From the NCBI GenBank assembly GCA_965645245.1, contig OZ287075.1:2414309-2434308 (forward strand): DNA of 20,000 nucleotides, in the 5' to 3' direction. Source of the stretch: Massalongia carnosa (lineage: Eukaryota). Positions 10,831-20,000 of this stretch are shown here, piece by piece. Every line of letters begins with the position of its first letter. Position 1 is the stretch's first letter. Both the position numbers and the translations under genes were made by a program. Under the pieces are notes generated by a model that was not told the origin of the DNA, did not search any database, and saw only the letters and a program-made list of their open reading frames with translations.

Positions 10831-11061
10831 TGTCAAACCTGAATGTGGTCGATTCTCATCGCCGATCCTCGACCCCCTGTCGCGGCAGATGCCGCTAAGC
10901 TACGCCATTTCTTCCACACCTTTACCCCTCAATTTGCCGGGGTTAATATCGTTGCTGCCATGACCCCTTTTCCCTTCTATATAGGTAGCTAGATGTGGGC
11001 ATTTCCCACATACAGAATACAGCCTTTTTCATCCTTCCTGAATTCATGTGAAAGGTTGACA
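10831..11061. mobile_element. Solo LTR, 231 bp, with perfect 5-bp TSD CCTCG
   Basis: TGTCAA...TTGACA termini, CCTCG at 10826-10830 and 11062-11066. Removing it restores the host frame. Confidence 0.95.
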
Positions 11062-11974
11062 CCTCGACTACCATGCGAGATACGATGAGCCAGACGCTGT
11101 TTGCTGCACCGCAGGGTGACGAGACCAAGGATGGGCTGATATATTCTCAGTTCTATATGCTGGCCAAGACTCTATTCGACTCTTCGAAAATGTACGTCTT
11201 TACTAACGACTCAGTGGAGAACCTAGCCCTGTACTCTGGATATGTGCGTTCTCTGCAACAGGAGGGCGGAGGTATCACGTTCTCTAGGGGCGTGTGCGAG
11301 TTTGCCTATCTCCACAGCAAGAAGCGGGCTCATGCAAACCTCATGGATAGTCACTGGAAGTCTTATGGAGTGAGGGAAGAACATCGGATATCCCTAATCA
11401 TGATGGTGGAGATATATGAACAGTGGTGCCAGTGGGACGTCTACGACGCAGACGACATAGCAGACATCCCGTCTCCACTGGCATATTACGTTGTACCTAC
11501 AAGCGACTTTGTATGCCTCCTCCACGCCTAGCTCAACAAATACTGCTTCCTGTTCGAGCATGTTCTTGCCCACACAACTAAGACGTACTCCCTGCCAGAG
11601 ATGATCATCATGGTTGTTGCGCCGCGGGGACTCCGCTTCTGCTACGGTGGAAATATGCTGGTGCGAGAGTCCCTACTGTCTAAGGACCGGTGGAGGGTTG
11701 TCCAAGGAGGGAAGACCATCGTCAAGGAAGGACTCGGGATGAAGGAGAGTATAGAGCTATCCAGGTTAGGGTGGTTCAAGCCTAAGATCAACTGGGAGAC
11801 GTGGCGTCTAACCTATATGCTTAATTGAATTTGGGGCCCCATTCAATAAAACTCTTTGTGATCAGATTTACTTAAGCGGCGTACTTGTCATCTGGGGGGG
11901 CCCCATTCAATTAATTTCTACCCCACCAATTCATTTACAAGAGCCCAGATTTATTCCAAAAACTTGGAGCAGAT

Positions 11975-12320
11975 AGCCTCCTGCCAGGGTTGCTAGCACC
12001 CGCACCATGTGCTCATGGGATTTCGGGACCTGGTTTGAACTGAATACGGTGTTGATGCTGGAACGAATGTTCTCCAGTGCTCTTTGACTGGGGACCTTAC
12101 TCGTCCAGATCTTCGAGGTTCGATGGGCTGGCGAGGAATTTCCTCCACTTCATCGGAGTCACTCTCACCCCCATTCTCCTCGTCGGTGTTGATGCTGAGA
12201 CGGATATTCTCTAGTTTTCTTTGACTGGGGACCCTTATTCGTCCAGATCTTCGAGGTTCGATGGGCTGGCGAGGAATGTCCTCAACTTCATCGGAGTCAC
12301 TCTCCCCCCATTCTCCTCTA
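11975..12320 (-). pseudogene. Probable Ty1/copia pol linker fragment (integrase-RT spacer)
   Basis: Acidic stretch plus PRRSGRIRVPSQR, similar to the RRSxRxxxPxxR linker motif. No catalytic domain is present, so the assignment is tentative. Confidence 0.4.
12047..12319. repeat. Two-copy tandem repeat, period ~137-138 bp (46 codons on the minus strand)
   Basis: cggtgttgatgctg at 12047 and 12184; shared core tcgtccagatcttcgaggttcgatgggctggcgaggaat... Confidence 0.92.
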
Positions 12321-12519
12321 CCTGTAGAAATCGCCCGTTGTGCGGCGTAATACGAAACGCGTAAGGTGTGATTGGCTGATTTCCCCCCGCTTCGGCGTCG
12401 GCACGCACCGCTGCACCGTAAAACGTGCACCATAACACGAGAATCCCCGTCGCTGGCAACGCGACCTCCAATCGCCCCACGAGGGAGCTGGGAAGCGACT
12501 AGGGCCTAGGGAGAGGATC

Positions 12520-15500
12520 ATGAGCGCCCGTTTTGTCGATCTGCCGGAATGGCGGGTGCTGGTGTGCGAAGAGTGCGGCTTTGGCCTCCGTCCCGGTCGC
12601 GGCGTTTGGGTTCGGCACCTGAGGCAAGCACCGCATTGCTTGAAGGGCCCCGAGCTCCGGGCCCAGGTCGAGCTGTTCGAGAGCTACGACCTCTGTGCGC
12701 CGGAGCAGGAGCTCGCGCAGCTGCTGGCCCACGCGATCCCCGGATTACGGCTCCTCGACGGTTTCCAGTGCTTGACCTGCGCGGCTGATCTTACCCAAAG
12801 CCTCCAAGCTATCGAACGGCACGTGTCAAAAGCTCACCAGCTCAAGCCTGCATGGCATAAGAAGAACCCCCTCTGGCGGTCGTGCAAACTCCAGACTCTC
12901 TTTGCCGAGAATCGCTTAGTTCGGTATTTTGTGGTAGAGGATGAGGGAAGAGCAGAGGCGCCAGGGAGCTCCGGATACAGGAGCGCGGATAGCTTGGGTT
13001 CAGGGGACGAAGACTTCTTTCAGCTGCTCGACCAGGACGCCGCTGTTGCAGAGGAGGATGCTAAGGCAGAGGCCAACATCGTTCATGGCTTCGATGGTCA
13101 CCGATCCGCTGTGGTGCCGTGGCTGAGACGGACGGGCATCGAGGAGCACACGCGGGGCTTAAAGAAGGACGAGATGCACGCCTCTTTTGCAGTACCGAAG
13201 GCTGCCGAGAGCGAGCCCGAGCTGTTCCTGATGCTAGAGGTGATGGACGAGATCTTTCTAGAGGCGCACAGCTGGTGCTTCGATGGCCCCGACTGCATGC
13301 TGACCCGGCCACGGCAGCTGGCGTTGAGCCGCTTCCATCCTGCCGCTGCCCCAGGGCAGAAGACGCGCGTTCGACCCGAAGAAGGAGCCTAATACGCTCA
13401 AGACCAACTTCGGCTACTGGAAGCAGTTCTTGACCTACAGCTACCGGGTGGCCTACCGGGGCGACCACTTCACCGCGGCCGACAGCGACCAGCGGACCCC
13501 CGAGAGCCATATCCAGCTCACGGGTGCTCAGGAGAATGCGTGGGAAGTGGCTTTCCAAAGTGCCGTCGAGCAAGACGGGCCTGCGCTGAGAAAGGCCATG
13601 TCGGTGCTCTCAATAGCGCTGATCTGCCACGAATTTGGAGGCAATCGGTACAGCTCCTCACTGCTCAGCTTCTGCGCCATGCTCAGCGTCAAGCCACACA
13701 CCAAGACTTGGAAGGAGCCGGGCAATTACAATAGCTGCTTGTCTGGCGTAATCTGGATTGTGCAGCTAATCATCTTCCACGCCAGCGCCTGTCTGGAGAA
13801 GGCGGAGCTAGGGGATACACTCGAGCGCATTGAGCAGTATTGCGGGCAGTTCTTGAGGCAGAAAACCGAGACTCCTATGGGCGAGATCCTCGGCTGGCGC
13901 TTGCTGCTATTTACTGTCTCGAAGGCGGTTGTTGGGCCGCACCAAGCGCAGTGGGATGTGGAGGAGAAGGTCCTGACCTACCGAGACGTTGATTTGCATA
14001 TGGATCACGTGCCGCGGCTCTTACTCTCCGAGTTCCAGCAAGCCCAGCACCTACTCTACGACGAGCTGATGTTCGGGACCCAGAACCTTCCGCGGATGCG
14101 TGCTTGGGCATTGAAGGACAACTTAGACGCCGATGCCTTTGGCTGGTTCTTTGGCCAGCACCGGGTGAACTTTGAGCTGGTAAAGCCACTGGCGAGGTCT
14201 TTGCTAACCGTTATCCAAGACTCGAAGCCGTTGCGGGTCTCGTTCCTGGATGCCAAAGCGGATGGCGCTAAGGTCTGGCGGGAGAAAGCGATTGAACGGT
14301 ATGAGGCCGTGGCTAACGAGTTCCTGAAAAGGCTCTTTGTCTTAATCCACATGGGCTCTGGCCAGCCTCTGCGCGAGAGTGAACTGTTCTCCGTCACCTG
14401 GCGTAACACCCAGCGGCGGCAAAGAGTCTACCTCAAGCACGAGCTAGTCATGCTGCACACCACTTACCACAAAGGTCAGCAGCAGACGGGCAAGTTTAAG
14501 GATAATATCCGGTTCTTGCCTGCACCTATTGGAGACCTCTTGCTGGACTACTTGGTAGTTGTAGTCCCGCTCCTCCAGGTCTTCCTCCGCCGGTCTGCCC
14601 CGCATGCCCTTCTCTATCCGTACTTGTGGTGGCAAGACGGCAAGGTCTGGGCTGACAACCGGCTCACGCGGTGCATGGAGTAGGCGTGTAGTCGGGCCAG
14701 CGTCCCCCGGCTATCCATTGCCAACTGGCGGCAGATGACGGTCAATATCGTCAAAACTAAGTTTGCAGCTGACGTTGGGTGCTTTGAGGTTGACGACGGG
14801 GCTAACGACGAGGATACCGAAGAGATAGAGGCGGACATTCGGATTATGACCAAGCAGCGGAACCATAGTACGCGGACTGTCAACCGGGCATATGCAAACC
14901 AACACAATGCTAACTTTGGGAACGTGTGGGATGGCCTTATCAGCCGGAATCTGCGTGCTTCAACTCTGTGGAAGGACTTGTGGGGGCTTGACCTGCTGGG
15001 AAGAGGAAGCGGGATGGTGAAGACAATGGTGGTCCGAAAATGCTCAAGAAGATCGCCATGGGGGTCTACCGGCCACGGAAGAAGTGGTCAGCTGCGGCTT
15101 TGCTGAACAGTGCAAGAAAGCTGTACCTAGATAACACGCTGAAGTGGAAGTCAGCAGCGCAGGAGCGGGCTATGACTACTATCATGTCATGGACTAAGCA
15201 GGTGGTAGTTATCATGGCTACTGGCGAAGGGAAGAGCCTGCTGTTTATGCTGCCTTGCATCCTCCCGGACGCTGGGGTGACGATCTTGGTCTTGCCACTC
15301 GTATCTTTACGAGGAGATTTCCTCCGCCGAGTCGGAGAATTGGGGATCGATTACTTGGTGTGGTCGCCTAGCGAGCAAAGAGATGCGCCTTTGGTGTTTG
15401 TCACAGTTGAAGCAGCATGTACGGAACAGTTTCGGACTTAGGCCCACAAGCTCGCGGCTACGCAAGACCTCGGGCGCATTGTATTGGACGAGGGTCACTT

Positions 15501-16830
15501 GACTATCACAGCGTCCGACTATCGCGAGGCTATGGTTGACCTCGACCTGATCCGCAACGTCCGTACGCAGTTTGTTTACTTAACAGCTACTCTACCACCG
15601 ACAATACAAGCTAGATTTGAAGAGCAGAACAACTAGGTGAACCCCAAGGTGATTCGAGCATCGACGAACCGGCGAAATCTGTTCTATATGGTACAGCGGG
15701 CCACTGGGCGAGGAAGTCTGCTCGAAGAGGGCGCGCGGAGGGCAAGGGAGGCGTGGGAGAACAGCCAGCTCTTGGATCGGGCTCGAGATAAGATCATCTT
15801 ATACGTTCGGACAAAGGACAATGCTGCTACGCTGGCTGAGCTACTCTGCTGCTCCCAGTACACAGCTGATATAGGCACGGCTGAGCAGAAGGAGGAGCTG
15901 CTGAGAATGTGGCTTGCCTCCTCGGACCAGCCGTACATGCTGGCCACGTCTGCACTAAGCGCTAGCTTCGACTTTGCCCACGTTCGCTTAGTTGTGCATG
16001 TAAAGGAGCCGTCGTCTTTAGTCGACTTCGCCCAAGATTCTGACCAGGCCGGGCGGGATAGAAAGGAGGCGTACTCGCTAGTCCTCCTCTCACCTACATG
16101 GAAGCCGCAAGCCGCTGAGAGTACCGCGGTCGAGAGAAGAGCACTGCACCGCTACCTCCTCGGGCAGGACTGCCGCCGGGCATGCTTGAGTGATCACCTC
16201 GACTCGGAGCCTTATTGGCGACAGTGTCAGGCTGACGAGGACGTTGTATGCGACGTATGCAGCGCCGGCCCAGCTCTCGCTCCGTCTTTCTCTCCGTCTC
16301 CCGAGCCGGCTCTTCAGTATACTGGCAGTGCAGCTATCCAGGAGAAGCGACGTCGAGCCGAGCTCGAGTTAAGCCGGTACCAGGAGGACCTGCTCGCAGT
16401 TCAAGGCACGTGTCTGCTCTGCCGGGCATCCGACGATGCCTGGGACCACGCCTTCCCTACGTGCTGGCGTCGGTTGTAGTTTTTTGAGGCTCGCAATCGT
16501 GTTAAGAAAGCGAAGCAAGGGGGGCGGTGGATTACTCCGTACCACGCATGCTACTGGTGCTATAATCCCCAGGCCGTCTGTCCGCGAGCAGACCCAAAGA
16601 GTAACTGCCAGAGCTGGCTCTACGCGGACATTATCATGCCGCTCTGCTATGGCATCTTCCACGGAGGCGGGGCGGAGCAGTGGCTAGAAGAGCGGTTTCA
16701 GCGGACGTTTACAGACGTCGATAATTTCTTAAGTGGTGTGGTCAGGCAGCTAGTTTCGGCGGGGGTAAGACAATCTGGGGAGTCTGTGTAGCTGCGGCTG
16801 CCCTAATTCAATTTAAGTTATACTGGGCTA
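12520..16830 (+). pseudogene. Telomere-linked RecQ-like helicase (TLH-type): Zn-finger/DUF3505-like N-terminus, central YR-like domain, SF2 helicase and Cys-rich C-terminus
   Basis: VLVCEEC...HLR and CLTC...HVSKAH fingers; motif I ATGEGKS (15217-15237), Ia VLPLVSL, II DEGH (15487-15498), III LTAT, V ATSALS, degenerate VI QDSDQAGRD, then CRR...CDVC. Frameshifts at ~13368, ~15005 and ~16730; TAG stops at 14681, 15439, 15634 and 16477. The 3' end is approximate. Confidence 0.92.
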
Positions 16831-17075
16831 GGTGTAATGTAAAACGGGAGTTTAGACTAGGGTTGAGTTAATTATAATTATAAATTTAAAGAATAAAGTA
16901 TCGAATAGAGAAGGATTAATTATGAATAGGCAAATAGGCCTTAGGGTCGATGCCTACTCCCCAGCTTTCCTTCGCTTTTGGCTTTGCCTCAACTAATATA
17001 CGGTCGTGAGTAAGCCGAGGCACTGCCTACGACCCCTCCCTCGGCCGCGAACCCAATCCCTGGCTAGGTGCCCAC

Positions 17076-17256
17076 TGTCAGGGTCCTAGCCTGACATAAG
17101 GCTGAGATGGAAGGGGGGAGCACGCGAGCACGGGAGGCTAGCGCGACACTCGGTGCAGATATTTCTAGCGAGTCGCGCACAATGTTTCTTTTCTTCTTTT
17201 GTAGATAAATTTTAGTTTAATAGCGGTTGATTAGAACCGACGATAGCTTCCTTACA
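17076..17256 (+). mobile_element. Solo LTR (181 bp) related to the LTR at 17988
   Basis: Identical start TGTCAGGGTCCTAGCCTGACATA and a shared 3' half. Ends CTTACA. Near-perfect TSD CCCAC/CACAC. Confidence 0.9.
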
Positions 17257-17309
17257 CACACGCCAGCCAGACCTAGGGTATTACATGATAGCCTAAATCC
17301 TACAAACAC

Positions 17310-17530
17310 TGATTCTCCTCTACCAGAGCGGACGGCTCTACAGCTAGCCAAGCAGGTCCAGAAATTTTAGGGCTGTACACACGAGGAACATGCGGAGGAA
17401 GAAGGCAAACACCAGACACATCACCGACGCCCCGATGTACATTCAGAGTACTTCTCTATTCCGAGGATCACTCGATGCTTAGGGGGAGCCATGCCGGAGG
17501 AAGGCCTCTGCCGGATGTCCTCAGTAACAG
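17310..17530 (+). pseudogene. Third, more divergent fragment of the unknown AT-hook gene family
   Basis: ERTALQLAKQVQKF*GCTHEEHAEEEGKHQTHHRRPDVHSE...GGRPLPDVLS aligns with ESTSSKLAK*LRKFRCCTHEQHTEADRQHEEHQQRRDVHSE...GGISLPDVLK (5330-5530). Confidence 0.85.
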
Positions 17531-17987
17531 CAACAGCCTTGGATTTACATGCCGAAGTGTCGACTGGTTTCCTAGAGACTACTCTTTACTCAAACTTACG
17601 GCGGATATATATTTTGTACGCCGCGGAATTGGTTGGGTTGGGTTATTAAAATCAAAACCCAACCCAATGGGTTTTAGGTTAGTGTGAGTTATCGTTGGGT
17701 TACCCAACAGAAAAAATCTGCGAGTGTAAATGATGACTATTGGCATGAATACTAGAAAACACGAATGTAACATTTATTACATAAGTTAGGATTTTTAATT
17801 ATTTGTAGATTTATTTTAATGACTATCACAAAGTAAAGTGTAGATAGTAGATGAAACATTTATTTCGTTTACGTCGGACTACAATAAAGAGTATTAAAAA
17901 TTCATGTGCTATCTTCTATCTTCTCTGAAGTATCTCGCTCATTCATCGCTTACTATTCAAAACTCGTAAAGAAAGTCTCTCGCTATC

Positions 17988-18221
17988 TGTCAGGGTCCTA
18001 GCCTGACATAGAGATAGAAGGTTGACCTTAGAGGTGTTCGAGGTAACCGGTTAGGCTTAGCGCCAGCCGAGATAGAAAGAGGGATCACGGGATCGCGCGA
18101 GGCTAGCGCGACACTCGACGCAGATATTTCTAGCGAGTCGCGCACAATAATTCTTTTCTTTCTTTGTAGATAAATTTTAGTTTAATAGCGGTTGAAAAGA
18201 ATCGACGACAGCTACCTAACA
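17988..18221 (+). mobile_element. 5' LTR (234 bp) of a Ty3/gypsy element truncated by the telomere
   Basis: TGTCAGG...CCTAACA, homologous to 17076-17256, followed by a leader and an open gag. Confidence 0.92.
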
Positions 18222-18222
18222 C

Positions 18223-18233
18223 AATTTATCTAC
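18223..18233 (+). promoter_or_regulatory. Self-priming (Tf1-type) primer-binding site AATTTATCTAC
   Basis: Exact 11-nt reverse complement of GTAGATAAATT (18166-18176) inside the LTR, located 1 nt after the LTR end. No TGG-type tRNA PBS is present. Confidence 0.8.
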
Positions 18234-18434
18234 CTACCTATCAGTATTCTTTCTTCCAGAACTTCCAGTAGGGACGAGGTCCCGTTCCAGCAACTTCCTT
18301 CCAGTTAGGTTGAAGACCCGTTCCAGTAACCTTCCAGACTGATCGTTTGTGCGAATCCAAACCGATCCAAATTCCAGAACTTCCAGAATTTTCAGAGCCA
18401 GGGAATCAAGCTTTCCCACTTCCAGTATCCAGTC

Positions 18435-19817
18435 ATGAGCTCAAAAACGCCCATGACAGCAAGAAAAGTCGGAGCCCCTCCCACGGAGGCTCAGACTGGT
18501 CCAGCATTTAACACCCGCGCTCGTTCCGCCTCCCGCCATTCGTGTCGTTCGGATAGCAGTATGCCAGGAACGTTCGAAGACTCCGAGCTACTGCAGAACG
18601 AGCAAATGAGAGAAACCACGGAAGGGACGTGGGAAAAAACCTCAAGAGCAGGGCGCGGAAAAGAAAAGGAAATTTTCCAAACAATAGACGTCTCCAACCA
18701 CCCATACTACGAACAGGATGCAGCGGAGCATCCGTCTCTCGTCGTGGCACACAACTTGAAAGAATTGCAGAGCATCTTGCGAGATGAGAAAGAAGGACCC
18801 CGATGGTACGATTTTCTCGCGAGAGCGCTCGAATACGATAAGACCCTATTCGAAAAATACATCTCTATGCAGAACGATCAGGAGAAGCTTGCCGAAGCAA
18901 AAAAGATCAACAGACGTTACAAGCAAGTAAATGAACGTCTCATCGCAGAAAAGGATGATGCCGAACGAGAGGCCCTTCTCGCGCAAGAAGAACTCTCGCA
19001 TAGAGATATCGAATTGGAGACAACGACTCTAGCAAAAGAGAGATTACAGAAAGACAGAGACTCCTTGATCCGCCAGTTTGCGGAAACACAGGAAACACCA
19101 CGTCAGCAACGGGAAGACACCGTTGCTACCTCAAGCACTAACTACAATCCTCAGAATTGGCGACCTCGTGGTATAAACCCTAGCAAGCCACTAAAAGGTG
19201 AAGACTCGGAGGAGTATAGCCCTTGGGCGTACTCCGTCCGCAAAAAACTGAAGACAGACGCACCCCTCTACGCCGACGAGAGTGAAAAGGTCGGTTACGC
19301 GCTGTCTCAAATGGAAGCGCCGATCTTCGGGGCTATGCATTCTTGGGTAGCGGATATGGGAGACTCACTATCTGCCGATGCTTTGTTCGAAGAGATAGAA
19401 CACTACATGGGCATCCACCTCCAGAGCCGCGACGCCAAGAAAGAACTCCTCACCGTCACCATGAAAGGGGGCGAAAGCGTCAGCGAGTATTACCACCGAA
19501 TCTTCAAGCTATGGCAGAAAGCCAAAACTCCCGTTGACGAGCGAATTGAAAAGTTCCTCGTGACGTTAAAGCCTAGCATCTCCAGCTCTTTTATGGGTTC
19601 CGTCTTTACCGATTTCCGCCCTCTACTTGACGAAGCACGAAGAATCGAAGACCGCCGCAAAGATGTGGCACATCACTTTCCCCGCCCCGATAAACCAGCT
19701 GCAACGAAGAACTCCGGCCAACGAAGCAACTTCTCCGGTGGACAGTCCTCAAACCAATCCTCCGGTGGAAAGTCCGTCTCAGCCTCCATCAACCAGATCA
19801 ACTCCAGAAAATCGGAC
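18435..19817 (+). CDS. Ty3/gypsy Gag, uninterrupted, 3'-truncated and fused in frame to telomeric repeats (ORF runs to 19976)
   Basis: 461 open codons after the LTR/PBS. Coiled-coil region, then capsid-like PLKGED..Y.PW...KVGYALSQM...MKGGESVSEYYHRI...KFLVTLKP. Confidence 0.88.
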
Positions 19818-20000
19818 TTAGGGTTAGGGTTAGGGTTAGGGTTAGGGTTAGGGTTAGGGTTAGGGTTAGGGTTAGGGTTAGGGTTAGGGTTAGGGTTAGG
19901 GTTAGGGTTAGGGTTAGGGTTAGGGTTAGGGTTAGGGTTAGGGTTAGGGTTAGGGTTAGGGTTAGGGTTAGGGTAGTTAGGGTTAGGGTTAGGGTTAGGG
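19818..20000 (+). repeat. Telomere: (TTAGGG)26 TAG (TTAGGG)4
   Basis: The G-rich strand runs 5'->3' to the end of the window, with one 3-nt variant TAG at 19974-19976. Confidence 0.99.

Larger units (their letters stand above)
4600..11815 (+). pseudogene. Unknown large AT-hook gene, copy 2; coding pieces 4600-6146, 10405-10830 and 11067-~11815 (about 900 codons, 3' truncated)
   Basis: N-terminal GGRPRK AT-hook. The frame is restored when the insertions are removed (KASANQQ|LVAHTIQPRYL and KRTVYSS|TTMRDTM). Globular-looking blocks FDIDS, VPLHKTPHYCFG, YSQFY, SYGVREEHRIS. Several stops and frameshifts. Confidence 0.8.

Noticed and set aside
12047..12319. CRISPR-like or regulatory array
   Set aside because: Only two contiguous copies with no spacers, the period fits a coding repeat, and the context is eukaryotic.
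12480..16972. Weak inverted similarity between 12483-12510 (AGCTGGG..CGAC..CCTAGG) and 16939-16970
   Set aside because: Too gapped and short to distinguish from chance.
17633..17700. TTGGG repeats as a relic interstitial telomere
   Set aside because: The unit is 5 bp and arranged as an inverted pair, not a tandem TTAGGG tract.

Overview
Chromosome end of a filamentous ascomycete (inferred from the TTAGGG telomere, fungal TE families and CpA>TpA lesions). The window is a nested pile of decayed mobile DNA with no intact host gene. From left to right: (i) a Ty3/gypsy RT fragment between LTR-like insertions, then an LTR end, PBS and gag remnant; (ii) two head-to-tail diverged copies of an unknown AT-hook gene, the longer one interrupted by a full-length ~4.26 kb tyrosine-recombinase (Ngaro/DIRS-type) retrotransposon and by a solo LTR with a perfect TSD; (iii) a copia-like linker fragment; (iv) a telomere-linked RecQ-like helicase pseudogene whose central region carries tyrosine-recombinase-like catalytic motifs; (v) a solo LTR and a third fragment of the unknown gene; (vi) a young, probably self-priming Ty3/gypsy element whose open gag is cut off and capped directly by (TTAGGG)n. 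The most notable points are the putative YR + RecQ helicase fusion (a candidate mobile-element class) and the expression and terminal signals of the YR retroelement: UGA-CUAG gag-pol readthrough, a splice acceptor before the YR ORF, and only 8-bp terminal inverted repeats. All calls are by eye; no database searches were run.
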